From a virus (Duplodnaviria; Caudoviricetes), in the IMG/VR virus record IMGVR_UViG_3300012971_000020, positions 6,928 to 70,927 of that record: a stretch of 64,000 bases of DNA; one strand, given 5' to 3'. The stretch's first letter is position 1, and each line of letters begins with the position of its first letter. The notes beneath the pieces were generated by a model, which worked only from the letters and a program-made list of their open reading frames with translations, did not search any database and was not told the origin of the DNA. Positions 37,255-47,253 of the stretch are shown piece after piece. The position numbers and the translations under genes were made by a program.

Positions 37255-40023
37255 ATGAGGATCATCCGTACCCCGCGCATCGAGCGGATCCCGTTCTGGC
37301 ATCTGCACGCGCACAGTCGGTACAGCGTGAACGACGCCATGCCCACGGTCGAGGCGATGGTGTCTCGAGCAGCGGCGATGGGGCAGCCGGCGCTCGCGAT
37401 CACCGACCACGGGAACATGGCGGCGTCGGTGGAGTTGTACCAGCACTGTAGGAAGATGGGGATCGCTCCATTCCCAGGGTCCGAGCTGTACTTCGTGCCC
37501 GACACCGCGCAGTACCGCTCGGACCGGGCGAACCGCCAGGTGAAGGCGACCATGTACCACCTCGGTGTGGTCGCCTACACCACGCAGGGCTACGAGAACC
37601 TGGTGCATCTGAGCACCGCGACCCACCACAACCACCACTGGAAGCCGCTCGCGGACTACGCGATGTTGGCTCAGTTGGCCGATGATGGACGCACTGCAGG
37701 GCTCGCGGTCACGACGGGGTGCTTCTTCGGGTATCTGACGCAGAGCCTCCTGAGCGGCGGGGAAGGCGCAGCCCTGCAGTACCTACACACCCTCGCATCG
37801 TGGTTCCCAGGCTCGGTCTACGTGGAGGTACAGAACCACAACATCACCCACGAAGAGGGCATCACCGATGAGCACATCGCGGACGCGCTGGTCGGACTGG
37901 CGGACCAGGCTGGGCTACCCGTCGTCATCACCCAGGACTCCCACTACCTCGAGCCAGGAGACCGACCCGACCACGATGGACTCAAGCGACTCGTCGCCTT
38001 CGGCCCAGATCCAGACGACGCTGTTTTCCCCGGTGATGGGTTCCACCTGTGCCACACCGGATGGGTTGCAGACCATCATGGTCAACGTCGGCTTGCGCGA
38101 GGAGTGGAAGGACTGGGTGATCTCCTCGGCCGTCACACACTCGAGATCGGTGTCCTTGACTCTTACTCGTACTCGGTCCCCGAGGTCGTAGCCGATCCGC
38201 AGCGGGCGATGGAGGCCCGGACTCGAGCAGCGCTCGAGGGCCGGTTCGCACCGCGGAAGGTGCCAGATCGCTACCAGTCCAAGCTGGGCGAGGAACTGGG
38301 CGTGATCGGAGCCTCGGGGATGGCCGGCTACATGATGCTGGTCTGCCAGGTGACCGACTGGTTGCGCGCTCAGGACATCATGTTCCAGACTCGAGGCTCC
38401 GCGGCCGGATCCATCGTGTGCTGGCTCCTGGGTATCTCCAACGTCGACCCCATCGAGTGGGACCTACGCTTCGAGCGCTTCCTGAGCAAGGACCGGACGA
38501 AGCCTCCGGATGTGGACCTTGATGTGGCCCACGACCGACGTGACGAGCTGCTCGAGATGTTGAACACCCGGTTCACGGCTCATCAGATCGGGTCGTGGGC
38601 CACCTACTCGCTGAATGACACCGAGGACGAGTTCGGTGACACCCAACGAGGGTCTCTGCGGGTCCGGTACTTCACCGCTGCTGGGAAGAAGGACGAGGGA
38701 GCAACCTCCTGGTCTGAAGTTCCCGCAACCGACAAGTCTATGTTGGCTTCCCTGTCCGCCAGGCATCTGTACAAGGGCATGGGCACGAACGCCGCGGGCA
38801 TCGTGCTGACCAGCAGCCAGGCCGAGTTCGAGCGGCTGGTGCCGATGGCCTACATGGCCAGAGCGGCGGGAGACGGCTACGTCACTCAGTACGGGAAGAA
38901 CCAAGTCGAGTCCTTAGGCCTGGTGAAGCTGGACGCCCTGGGTCTGAAGACGATGACCGTGCTGGACCGTACCATGCGCTTGCTTGGTCTACCCATCACC
39001 CGCATAGGTGACATTGAGTACCGTGACGCGCCCGCCTACCAGTTGATCAGGAGCGGGAACACCGAGGGCATCTTTCAGCTCGAGGGCCGGTCAACGATGT
39101 GGGGGCTGAGGGACCTGAAGCCGACCACCATCCGCGATGTGATAGCGGCGATGGCCCTGTTCCGGCCGGCCACCATGAACACCGGTGCCACCCGGTTCTT
39201 CATCGCTCATAAGCATGGCAACGCGCAACTTCCAGAGCGGCATCCAGTACTTCAGCGGGTGACGGCTGACACCCACGGCATCCTCCTCTACCAGGAACAG
39301 GTCATCGACGTGCTGCGGGCGCTCGGGCTGGGTGCTGATGATCTGACCGCCTTCCTCAAAGCCGTGAAGGCTAGCAACAAGGAGATCGGAGACGCGGGTC
39401 GAGTGATCGACTCCTACATGAACTGGGTGATCGAAGAGTGCGCCGAACAGGGGATGAACCAGGATGACATCGACTACATCACCGACGCGATCTCGGGGTT
39501 TGCTGAGTACGGCTTCAACCGCGCTCACGCGACTGTCTACGGCATCACTGCGTACCGCGCTGCGTACCTCGCTGCGCGTCACCCACTGGAGTTCCACACG
39601 GCTCTCCTCGGTGTGGCAGCAGGTGGAGACTCAGCCAAGGAGAACCGATACCTCCGTGCTACGCGACGACGCGGCCTACGTGTGCTCGCTCCCGAGATCA
39701 ACGCGAGCGGTGCCACCTACCGAGTCGATGAGGTACGTGGTGCTGTCCGAAAGGGCCTACAGAGCATTGACGGGGTCGGAGCCATTACCGCCGGCCGACT
39801 GGAGGCCCTCCAACCATTCGCTGACCTTGACGATCTGGTACGGCGAGCGGGTGCCGCCGGGATCAGCGGGTTCAAGGAGTACGACCCGGGAGATCCACAT
39901 ACCTTGACCGGGATCCTCGGGAAGCTGTTCGAGTCGGGGGCCCTCACGACCCTCATCCATGGAAGGACGAGCCATGAGTTACTGCCAAGCGATGGTGCTG
40001 GTGCCCAGCCAGAGCCGACCTGA
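37255..40023 (+). CDS. dnaE: DNA polymerase III alpha subunit (family C)
   Basis: PHP motifs HLHAHSRYS, TDHGN, TQDSHY; RGSAAGS; PDVDLD; KLDALGL; YQEQV; YGFNRAH. Confidence 0.95.
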   Translation: MRIIRTPRIERIPFWHLHAHSRYSVNDAMPTVEAMVSRAAAMGQPALAITDHGNMAASVELYQHCRKMGIAPFPGSELYFVPDTAQYRSDRANRQVKATMYHLGVVAYTTQGYENLVHLSTATHHNHHWKPLADYAMLAQLADDGRTAGLAVTTGCFFGYLTQSLLSGGEGAALQYLHTLASWFPGSVYVEVQNHNITHEEGITDEHIADALVGLADQAGLPVVITQDSHYLEPGDRPDHDGLKRLVAFGPDPDDAVFPGDGFHLCHTGWVADHHGQRRLARGVEGLGDLLGRHTLEIGVLDSYSYSVPEVVADPQRAMEARTRAALEGRFAPRKVPDRYQSKLGEELGVIGASGMAGYMMLVCQVTDWLRAQDIMFQTRGSAAGSIVCWLLGISNVDPIEWDLRFERFLSKDRTKPPDVDLDVAHDRRDELLEMLNTRFTAHQIGSWATYSLNDTEDEFGDTQRGSLRVRYFTAAGKKDEGATSWSEVPATDKSMLASLSARHLYKGMGTNAAGIVLTSSQAEFERLVPMAYMARAAGDGYVTQYGKNQVESLGLVKLDALGLKTMTVLDRTMRLLGLPITRIGDIEYRDAPAYQLIRSGNTEGIFQLEGRSTMWGLRDLKPTTIRDVIAAMALFRPATMNTGATRFFIAHKHGNAQLPERHPVLQRVTADTHGILLYQEQVIDVLRALGLGADDLTAFLKAVKASNKEIGDAGRVIDSYMNWVIEECAEQGMNQDDIDYITDAISGFAEYGFNRAHATVYGITAYRAAYLAARHPLEFHTALLGVAAGGDSAKENRYLRATRRRGLRVLAPEINASGATYRVDEVRGAVRKGLQSIDGVGAITAGRLEALQPFADLDDLVRRAGAAGISGFKEYDPGDPHTLTGILGKLFESGALTTLIHGRTSHELLPSDGAGAQPEPT

Positions 40024-40330
40024 GGGACGGTTCACGGTGTGCGGAGTCGAGCCGGCCGAACTGCATCACAAGCTCACCCGAGCGCGTGGTGGACTGTTGC
40101 TGGATGCGGTGGGTGAGACCTACCACCACATCTACCTGTGCCGAGAGCACCACAGCTACGCCCATGACACCGACCAGGGCTACACCAGCGGGCTGATGAT
40201 CAGGGGCTTCGTGACCACCGCCACCGATGGTCAGCCCTGGTACTCGGGCAACGACGAGTACCTGCTCGAGCACTACGGAACCTGGCGGGAGGGGATCGGT
40301 GAAGTTCAGCGAGACGCTCACCAAGACTGA
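39974..40330 (+). CDS. HNH-like nuclease
   Basis: C...HHKLTRARGG...LCREHH..AH. Confidence 0.6.
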   Translation: MSYCQAMVLVPSQSRPEGRFTVCGVEPAELHHKLTRARGGLLLDAVGETYHHIYLCREHHSYAHDTDQGYTSGLMIRGFVTTATDGQPWYSGNDEYLLEHYGTWREGIGEVQRDAHQD

Positions 40331-41054
40331 TCCTGGACTGATGATCAGCCCGCGTCACGACCAGTGGCTGATGCACAACGACCACCCGATCTACACCGCG
40401 ACCGCGGTCTCGTTCGCGGTCAAGATGCTGCAGAGCAGAGATCGGGACCGGACCAGGTCGCTGAGCGCGAGTGGGCTGGGTGACTGCGCCCGCTACCAGC
40501 AGTTCGTGTGGCTGGGGATGCGCAAGCTGCCACCCACGCCTACCCAGGCCCTGAAGATGCACAACGGCGCGTTCATGCACCTGAGGTGGCAGATGGCAGG
40601 GCTGACGGAGGGCTGGCTGGCCGATGCCGAGGTACCGGTGCACCACGAGACGCTGAAGCTGCGCGGGACGATGGACGGGCTGCTCGAGGGCGGCTCGATC
40701 CTGGAGCTGAAGTCCATCAACGCCAACGGCTTCCGTCGGGTGCAGACCTTCGGACCACTGGTGCCACACCTGTTCCAGATGGCCACCTATGTCTTGTGCA
40801 CGATGCGCAAGAAGGGGGTCTTCCTCTACGAGTGCAAGGACAACCAGGAGTACGTCGAGATCCCGGTCACGCCGGCCGACCTGCCGATGATCGAGGCTCG
40901 AGCACGCGCGGAGAACATCCTGGCAGCGGTGGAGCGGCGCGAGCTGTACGAGCCACTGAGCAAGTGCCTGGATCAAGAGGGCTGGGTGTACAACTCCTGC
41001 CCGTTCCGCGACCGGTGCCTGAAGATCCGGAACTGGGATGAGGCGGTGGCATGA
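40299..41054 (+). CDS. Cas4-like PD-(D/E)XK exonuclease
   Basis: SASGLGDCAR, G...H, GTMDG..ELKS, QMATY, C-terminal C...CPF...C. Confidence 0.8.
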   Translation: MKFSETLTKTDPGLMISPRHDQWLMHNDHPIYTATAVSFAVKMLQSRDRDRTRSLSASGLGDCARYQQFVWLGMRKLPPTPTQALKMHNGAFMHLRWQMAGLTEGWLADAEVPVHHETLKLRGTMDGLLEGGSILELKSINANGFRRVQTFGPLVPHLFQMATYVLCTMRKKGVFLYECKDNQEYVEIPVTPADLPMIEARARAENILAAVERRELYEPLSKCLDQEGWVYNSCPFRDRCLKIRNWDEAVA

Positions 41055-41236
41055 AGATCGAGAACAGGTTCGCCCAGGAGCGTGCGCTGTGTGAGCTGCT
41101 CGGCCTGGACGCCAACCAGACCGTCAATGTGGTCGTGGAGTGGAGTGCCGGCGAGCCCACGGTGGCGCGCTGGGAGGGCTACAAGGTGTTGACCGATGAG
41201 GAACTGGTCGCACTCGGGGAGTTGCTGAGCAGATGA
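41051..41236 (+). CDS. Hypothetical protein
   Basis: Coupled, 61 aa. Confidence 0.55.
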   Translation: MKIENRFAQERALCELLGLDANQTVNVVVEWSAGEPTVARWEGYKVLTDEELVALGELLSR

Positions 41237-41664
41237 AGATCGAGCGCACCGTGGTCTCCCCAGAGGTCGCGAGAGGGGCTACAGCACGGTTCTCCCGCTC
41301 TCTGACCGAGGTGGTGGTACTGGAGGGCCTCCCGCCTGTGGAAGAGCTCCACGACGAGCTCCTGACCTACGCCAACGTGATCCTGGGCAGGGCGGATCCG
41401 CCCACCGGTGTCGATGGCTACCTGGACCTGATGGAGGTGGCCGCGGCGTACTACGCGCGCGCGAAGGAGATCGACATGTACATCCACTGGGAGGAGCAGC
41501 AGCGCAGAGTGATCAGGGGCAGCCCGTACTACAAGTTCCGGACCGGGCAGCTCAGGTCGTTCATCGAGATGGCCAAGATGATGGCCGACCTGGGGTCGCG
41601 CAGGTTGAGCAACGAGCGACTATTGTTCGAACAGCGATACGACGCCGGGAATGGTGAGTCGTGA
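41233..41664 (+). CDS. Hypothetical helical protein
   Basis: 143 aa, coupled. Confidence 0.6.
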   Translation: MKIERTVVSPEVARGATARFSRSLTEVVVLEGLPPVEELHDELLTYANVILGRADPPTGVDGYLDLMEVAAAYYARAKEIDMYIHWEEQQRRVIRGSPYYKFRTGQLRSFIEMAKMMADLGSRRLSNERLLFEQRYDAGNGES

Positions 41665-41897
41665 GTGATGAGGACATCGCCCAGAACCTGATCGCGTCTC
41701 GAGCGGCGCGCAGGGCAGCCGAGTACAGCTACATGCTGGCCATCGGTCGCGCGAAGGATGCCGGCTGGCCGAACACCCGAATCGCGCGAGCATGTGGAGT
41801 GACCGAGACCTCGATCCGCAACTACTGGAAGCGGAACGAAGCACAGACTAGACAACTACAGCGCATACATAAGGCGAGATATATCGTTCCCCAGTAG
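41661..41897 (+). CDS. HTH DNA-binding protein
   Basis: GWPNTRIARACGVTETSIRNYW. Confidence 0.65.
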   Translation: MSDEDIAQNLIASRAARRAAEYSYMLAIGRAKDAGWPNTRIARACGVTETSIRNYWKRNEAQTRQLQRIHKARYIVPQ

Positions 41898-41925
41898 TGC
41901 GTACCCGCGAGGACGTGAGGTAGAG

Positions 41926-42696
41926 ATGGTTGAGTCAGGGATCACGATCGATGTCATGCACTGCAGCATGCAGTTTAGTGACCGCACGCCGCAGAAGAAG
42001 TCCGACGCGGCCAAGATCCTGGAGCGTGCCGATCGCAGGAAGGTCTGGTGGATCACCGGCACCGAGGCGGGAGCTGGAGCATCCACGGATCTGAGAGCGG
42101 CCCTGGAGAAGGAGTGCAAGGCGCACAACTTCCGCTTCCACGTCGCCGGCGACACCTGGATCGCGGTGAACAGAGACATGATCGAGCCCAAGTCCTACGA
42201 CCGCGGCGCGACCAAGATCCTGGACTCGAGCCAAGGCGTGGGTAGGCACAGCGATCGCATGCTGACCTGGGCTTCCTTCACCAACCCGCTGGTCGGGAAG
42301 GTGTCGGTGGCGTGCTGCCACTACCTCCTCCAGGGCTCCAAGCCAGGCGATGTGAACTACGCGCTGAACAAGAAGATCGCGACCACGATCGGGGACTGGG
42401 GCAAGAAGGCTGGCGCGAAGGCAGCCCTGGCGTTCTACGGAGGCGACCAGAACATCCAGGACCGCTCTCTGGACACGTTCCTGGGTGCTCCCTTCACCTC
42501 CCTGGCTGACGAGCTCGGCAAGTACGAGTCCACCGGTCATGGGCAGATCGACGTGATCGCCTCCTACAACCACGACGGCCGGGTGAAGGGCAAGTACTGG
42601 CGGGCCCTGGACGACAAGGAGTTTCCGCTGAACACCGACCACTACGCCACCGAGGGTGGGTTCCTGGCCATGCCGGTGAAGACACCCAAGAGGTAG
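41926..42696 (+). CDS. Endonuclease/exonuclease/phosphatase (EEP) family protein 1
   Basis: HCS..., GTEAG, GGDQN, QIDVI, NTDHY motifs. Confidence 0.7.
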   Translation: MVESGITIDVMHCSMQFSDRTPQKKSDAAKILERADRRKVWWITGTEAGAGASTDLRAALEKECKAHNFRFHVAGDTWIAVNRDMIEPKSYDRGATKILDSSQGVGRHSDRMLTWASFTNPLVGKVSVACCHYLLQGSKPGDVNYALNKKIATTIGDWGKKAGAKAALAFYGGDQNIQDRSLDTFLGAPFTSLADELGKYESTGHGQIDVIASYNHDGRVKGKYWRALDDKEFPLNTDHYATEGGFLAMPVKTPKR

Positions 42697-42709
42697 TAGC
42701 TTGTACCAC

Positions 42710-42991
42710 ATGCCACAGGTACATATCACGTTGTCCCAAGAGCTACTGGATGCTATCGACCGGCACAAGGATGTACGCATCCCGCGTTCTGCCTACATCC
42801 GGGATCTGATCGAGCGAGACGTTCGGGGTGACCAGATCTCGAAGGCGGTCGTCGATCTGGGTACGCAGACGATCACCGGCGGTCTCGAGGATGCCGGCGA
42901 GGCCATGCGCCGAGCTGACCAGGAATGGGCGCGCACGCATCGGACTCGCTGGCCTCCTGGGATCAAGATCCAGCGGACAGATCCGACATGA
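42710..42991 (+). CDS. Ribbon-helix-helix (CopG-like) regulator
   Basis: VHITLSQELLDAID...RSAYIRDLIE. Confidence 0.7.
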   Translation: MPQVHITLSQELLDAIDRHKDVRIPRSAYIRDLIERDVRGDQISKAVVDLGTQTITGGLEDAGEAMRRADQEWARTHRTRWPPGIKIQRTDPT

Positions 42992-42998
42992 TGTAGGT

Positions 42999-44033
42999 AT
43001 GGCTGCTGACCCGCCGGCGGACAAGAAGGACAAGAAGAACAAGCCGCTGCCCAAGTTCCGGCACATCCACTGCTCATCCAGGTTCGATCGCTCCGCGGAC
43101 TCGCTGGATGCCGATGTCACCACCTGGCAGGGCGAGAGCTCGGTGATCACCCTGACCGAGGTCGAGGGCGGTGCTCGAGCAGCGGCTCTGGCTGCCCAGG
43201 GCTGGGGCTACTACAACGCCAAGGCCAACGCCAACCAGGACAACTGCGCGATCTGCTGGGACAAGTCGGTCTGGCGTTGCACCTTCCGCAACATCAAGAA
43301 GCTGAACAACAACCCCTACTACCGCGCGCAGGTGAACAAGCTGGCCCAGCCGATCTACTCCTGCACGGTCGGCCTGAAGCGCGTGGATGACGGCAAGACC
43401 CTCCTGGTCTCTGTCACCCACTTCCCGTCCTTCGTCGAAGCCAACGGTCACTGGTCGCACATCGGTGATCAGTGGCAGGGCCGGAAGCAGGCCTGGCTCA
43501 GCTCACTGCACAACTGGGCCGCGCACACCCAGGACCTGGACCGCAAGCAGCGCATGGACGCCCAGCTGATCGTGGCGGACTGGAACGTCAACCTGAAGCA
43601 GAAGTGGGTCGTCGACATCATCATGAAGGCCTGGGGAGGGTCGGACTTCTACCAGCTGGCCTGGCAGAGCTTCCCCAACGAGGGCGGCTCGCTGCACACC
43701 GCACCGCAGGACGTTCCCTACGTGGCACCGGACAAAAGCCATGGCGACGGGATCATCGACGGCTCGCTGTTGCGGGCCCTGCAGACCACGGACGGGCCGA
43801 TCCTGATGGCGCGAGTGCAGAGCAGTGACCACAGGCCATTCAAGGAGACCCTGGAGTTCACCAAGGACTCGGCCCAGCCCATGCATCCCTGGGCACCGAA
43901 GGGCGACATCAAGGACGGGGTCGCGTGGTGGGGATTCGGCGACTACTTCGACGACGAGATCTTCCAGATCTGGCGGGTCGACGAAGAGGGCAACACGATT
44001 CTGAAGTCCAACGACAAGGGGCCAGTGGGATGA
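42999..44033 (+). CDS. EEP family protein 2
   Basis: HCSS, LTEVE, VADWNVN, IIDG, SSDHRP motifs. Confidence 0.7.
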   Translation: MAADPPADKKDKKNKPLPKFRHIHCSSRFDRSADSLDADVTTWQGESSVITLTEVEGGARAAALAAQGWGYYNAKANANQDNCAICWDKSVWRCTFRNIKKLNNNPYYRAQVNKLAQPIYSCTVGLKRVDDGKTLLVSVTHFPSFVEANGHWSHIGDQWQGRKQAWLSSLHNWAAHTQDLDRKQRMDAQLIVADWNVNLKQKWVVDIIMKAWGGSDFYQLAWQSFPNEGGSLHTAPQDVPYVAPDKSHGDGIIDGSLLRALQTTDGPILMARVQSSDHRPFKETLEFTKDSAQPMHPWAPKGDIKDGVAWWGFGDYFDDEIFQIWRVDEEGNTILKSNDKGPVG

Positions 44034-44575
44034 CGATCATCGGTATCGACCTAGGCGTGCACAAGATCGCGCTGGCGTGCCTGGAGTCCACTAGTGAGGG
44101 TGGCCGGCTGATCGATGCGACCAGCTACGAAGCGCCCTACAGCAAGCCCAGGGATATCCAGCTGCACGAGCTCGGCATGGTCGTCCATGACTGGGTCTAC
44201 ATGCACAACGCCAGCTCGGTGTGGATCGAGGACGTGCTGGTGGGCAACAACCACAAGTACTCCCTCGGTCTGGCCGAGACCAAGGGCGCGCTGCTGGCCT
44301 ACCTGGCTCACGGCCGGCTGTCTGACGGGATCGACATCAGGACGGTCAACGTCGGGGCGTGGAAGAAGAGCGTGGTCGGGAATGGACATGCGTCCAAAGA
44401 CGACGTGAGGAACTACATCCATGTGACCCATCCGGCGTACGCTCCGCTGTGTGGAGATGACCAGGACCGGTACGACGCCGCCTGCATCGCCCTCTACGGC
44501 CGCTCCATCGATGAGCGCGCCGACGAGCTATCTGCTGGACGCCTGGTTGGACTTGACGGGTCAGCACAGTCCTGA
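44030..44575 (+). CDS. ruvC: Holliday junction resolvase (RuvC-like)
   Basis: IIGIDLG, VWIED, WKKSVVGNGHASK, DRYDAACIA. Confidence 0.88.
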   Translation: MTIIGIDLGVHKIALACLESTSEGGRLIDATSYEAPYSKPRDIQLHELGMVVHDWVYMHNASSVWIEDVLVGNNHKYSLGLAETKGALLAYLAHGRLSDGIDIRTVNVGAWKKSVVGNGHASKDDVRNYIHVTHPAYAPLCGDDQDRYDAACIALYGRSIDERADELSAGRLVGLDGSAQS

Positions 44576-45023
44576 CATCGACTCCGAACGCTGGGTCAGC
44601 TACAACATCGACGACCTCTATCCCGAGTGGCATCAACGAGCGCACTGTGCCGGGGTAGGGGTCGACTACTACTTCGGCGAGGACACCGACAAGCCGACCA
44701 TGTCCATCCAGCAGGTCAGGCGTGCGTCCAAGCTGTGCGATGTCTGTCCGGTCTACTACGAGTGCCTGACCTGGGCGCTGACCACGCGCGAGGAGTACGG
44801 GGTCTGGGCCGGCACATCTGGTCGAGTCAGGCGCAGGATCTTCAAGCTGCTGGATACTGGCACGGAGACGCTGGACCAAGTCATCGAGGTGTTCCGCCAT
44901 GGACAAGGTGATCGATATCGCCTCCCCCAAGCCGACGCGCCGGCGAAAGCGGCCGTCATCACAGGATGGCGAACGCGCCACGGTCGCCTACGACCTGTTG
45001 TTACGCGGCAAGTCGCACTCTGA
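44511..45023 (+). CDS. whiB: WhiB-family transcription factor
   Basis: W..RAHC...YF...CDVCPV..ECL.WAL...GVWAG; start uncertain. Confidence 0.88.
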   Translation: MSAPTSYLLDAWLDLTGQHSPDIDSERWVSYNIDDLYPEWHQRAHCAGVGVDYYFGEDTDKPTMSIQQVRRASKLCDVCPVYYECLTWALTTREEYGVWAGTSGRVRRRIFKLLDTGTETLDQVIEVFRHGQGDRYRLPQADAPAKAAVITGWRTRHGRLRPVVTRQVAL

Positions 45024-45360
45024 GGTCGCTCGGCTGATCGGGGCCGAGGACAGCAGCATCGTCTGGCGGATTGTCTCCGAGCGGTTCGCGATGGATGCGA
45101 ACTACCTGTCCCAGCAGGAGCGCAAGACCATGCTGGCCAGCGAGGTGCTGCGCCTGAACGCGGTCCAGGACGCGCACTGGGAGGCCGCGATGATGGGCGA
45201 CATCGCCAGCGCGCGAGTGGTCCTCGAGGTGATCAAGACCAGGGCCAAGATCACCGGCCTGGAGACCGTGGACCCGGTGGTGCAGAAGAACCTGGTGCTG
45301 GTGATGGGCGAGAAGGAGCAGGACTACATCGAGGCTCTGCGCAAGGTCTCGGACGACTAG
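44899..45360 (+). CDS. Terminase small subunit (HTH type), putative
   Basis: HTH then RLN.VQ.AHW.AAMMGD..SA..VL.VI..RAKITGLE pattern. Confidence 0.6.
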   Translation: MDKVIDIASPKPTRRRKRPSSQDGERATVAYDLLLRGKSHSEVARLIGAEDSSIVWRIVSERFAMDANYLSQQERKTMLASEVLRLNAVQDAHWEAAMMGDIASARVVLEVIKTRAKITGLETVDPVVQKNLVLVMGEKEQDYIEALRKVSDD

Positions 45361-45382
45361 CCAGAACGGTCATGCTGGTGTC

Positions 45383-45721
45383 ATGAGGGCTGTGTCCGCG
45401 TTCGGCATCGTGCACAAGTCGCTCAACCCCAGGAACGTGGCTGCGGTGGAGCGGGTCGCCGCGCGAGCCGAGACCGCCGGCGCGGAGCAGCACCAGAATC
45501 TCGGCATCCAGTGGGCCAAGGGCAAGCTCAAGGCCAGGGAGGCCGGCAAGGACATGTCCCGCCGGCTGGCTGGTAGGTCGATGGGCGTCGAGCGGCATGG
45601 TCTGTCCAAGCCCCAGCTCCAGCGGGTCAACCCCTGGATGGCGCAGGGCAACGCGGGTCAGAATCAGGCCAAGGCCGCACTGCGTCAGGTGCGAGCTCCC
45701 AGTAAGAGGAACCTGCCATGA
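45383..45721 (+). CDS. Basic protein with SAFG-tag N-terminus
   Basis: MRAVSAFGIVHKS...; leaderless CATGCT-6-ATG. Confidence 0.65.
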   Translation: MRAVSAFGIVHKSLNPRNVAAVERVAARAETAGAEQHQNLGIQWAKGKLKAREAGKDMSRRLAGRSMGVERHGLSKPQLQRVNPWMAQGNAGQNQAKAALRQVRAPSKRNLP

Positions 45722-46104
45722 GTGCTGCGAACGTGCCGATCGAGATCGACCAGGGCGAGGACTGGTCGGCTCAGATCACCTACACCGATGATCTGGACAA
45801 CCCCTACAACGTGATCGCGCCGTGCCGGATGGACATCAAGAACAAGCTCGGACAGACCCAGCTCACCCTGTCCACGCCGACCACGACACCACCGGACGGG
45901 TCCATCCCGCAGATCAGCGTCAGCTCGGCCGCGGGCCTGATCCAGCTGCACATCGAGGACACGGTCACTGCCAGCCTGATCCCGGGCAACTACATCTACG
46001 ACCTGTTCGTGACCGTCAACGATGGCAACGAGTACGCCGGCAACCAGCGGATGCGGCTGATCTACGGCGATGTCGCGGTCAACCAGCGAGTGACCCAGAT
46101 GTGA
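45718..46104 (+). CDS. Tail fibre adaptor-like beta-sandwich protein
   Basis: IEIDQGEDWS...RMDIK...YIYDLFV...RLIYG.V.V; similar to 30500..30868. Confidence 0.65.
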   Translation: MSAANVPIEIDQGEDWSAQITYTDDLDNPYNVIAPCRMDIKNKLGQTQLTLSTPTTTPPDGSIPQISVSSAAGLIQLHIEDTVTASLIPGNYIYDLFVTVNDGNEYAGNQRMRLIYGDVAVNQRVTQM

Positions 46105-46111
46105 GGACGAG

Positions 46112-46561
46112 ATGAAGAGCGCCTTTGGTGTGGAGCATGGTCAGATCAGCAAGATGAACGTGAAGCCGTTCATGGGCAACCTGGCTCCCATGGGCGCGCT
46201 CGAGCACACCGGTCTGGTCGGTGCCGGTGGAGCGACCTCGGCCAGGAAGCTGGGTCAGGCGATGACCGGCAGCCGGGTCCAGCCCAGGCTGTCCCAGGCC
46301 ACCCAGCGCAGCAACGCAGTGCTGAACCGGAAGGCAGCCAAGACCTCGGGCAGGCGAGCTGCCAAGCAGCTGGCGCAGGGTGCCGGTACCGGAGGAGCAT
46401 CACCCGCGGTGGAGTCGGCCAACATCGGCTGGCAGCAGCGGGCCAGTGCCTTCGCCGGGCTGAGCCAGCCCAACCGGGCAGCTCCCGCCGGCATGCGCGG
46501 ACCGATCGCTGGTCGGGCGTCTACCACCAAGTCTCGAGCGATGAGGAGTGCGTTCCAGTGA
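46112..46561 (+). CDS. Basic protein with SAFG-tag N-terminus
   Basis: MKSAFGVEHGQISKM... Confidence 0.65.
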   Translation: MKSAFGVEHGQISKMNVKPFMGNLAPMGALEHTGLVGAGGATSARKLGQAMTGSRVQPRLSQATQRSNAVLNRKAAKTSGRRAAKQLAQGAGTGGASPAVESANIGWQQRASAFAGLSQPNRAAPAGMRGPIAGRASTTKSRAMRSAFQ

Positions 46562-47253
46562 CGAACGTCGTACGCCTGGTCAATGGCGGGTCGATCCAGG
46601 TCAAGACTGGAGTGATTCAGGGGATCGGTCCGATCGGCCCGATGGGGCTGACCGGTCAGGACGGTCCACAGGGTCCAGCCGGCGCGCAGGGAGATCCCGG
46701 CCCGATGGGCCAGATCCTGCAGTCGGCATCGATGACCATCATCAACACCTCGAACGCGATCAGCGCCAACACCGACACCCAGCTCACCTGGGGCTCCAAC
46801 CCGTATGACGATCTGGGCTGCTTCTCCGGCAACAACTGCACGCTGAGTCAGATCGGTGACTACAACCTGTCGGTCTGGGTGGCCTTCGCAGACGCCGCTG
46901 CGGGCTCGCGGGAGATCTGGATGAGCTGGGCATCCAACACCAACCTGCTGGCTCGTTGTACCCGGCAGTCCGTGGCTGGAGCGCCGTTCTACGTGGATCT
47001 GTCCTTCGTGATGCGGGTAGGTCCGCTGATCAACCTGCCGCCACTACAGCTGAACGTGTACGCGCGCAGCAGCCAGGCCACCTCGATCTCGGTCGGCAGC
47101 TGGTCGGCGGCGCGGCTGGGCTCGGGACCGATGGGCCTGCAGGGCGTCCAGGGCCCGAAGGGCGATCAGGGCATCCAGGGTCTGCAGGGCAATCCCGGCA
47201 CCACCAGCGCGCCCAGCACTCCGTACGCCAACTACGGCGCGCTGCACACCTAG
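46558..47253 (+). CDS. Collagen plus C1q/TNF-like tail appendage protein
   Basis: Short GxY runs flanking a beta-jelly-roll-like segment (G.YNLSVWVAF). Confidence 0.65.
   Translation: MTNVVRLVNGGSIQVKTGVIQGIGPIGPMGLTGQDGPQGPAGAQGDPGPMGQILQSASMTIINTSNAISANTDTQLTWGSNPYDDLGCFSGNNCTLSQIGDYNLSVWVAFADAAAGSREIWMSWASNTNLLARCTRQSVAGAPFYVDLSFVMRVGPLINLPPLQLNVYARSSQATSISVGSWSAARLGSGPMGLQGVQGPKGDQGIQGLQGNPGTTSAPSTPYANYGALHT

Noticed and set aside
40299-41054. Cas4-like gene as evidence of a CRISPR-Cas system
   Set aside because: No repeat-spacer array or other cas genes; solo Cas4-like nucleases are common in phage recombination modules.
189-45003. Rare TTA codons in the TMP, dnaE and small terminase genes as bldA-type developmental control
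   Set aside because: Only a few occurrences, and the host is not shown to be Streptomyces; cannot be distinguished from chance.
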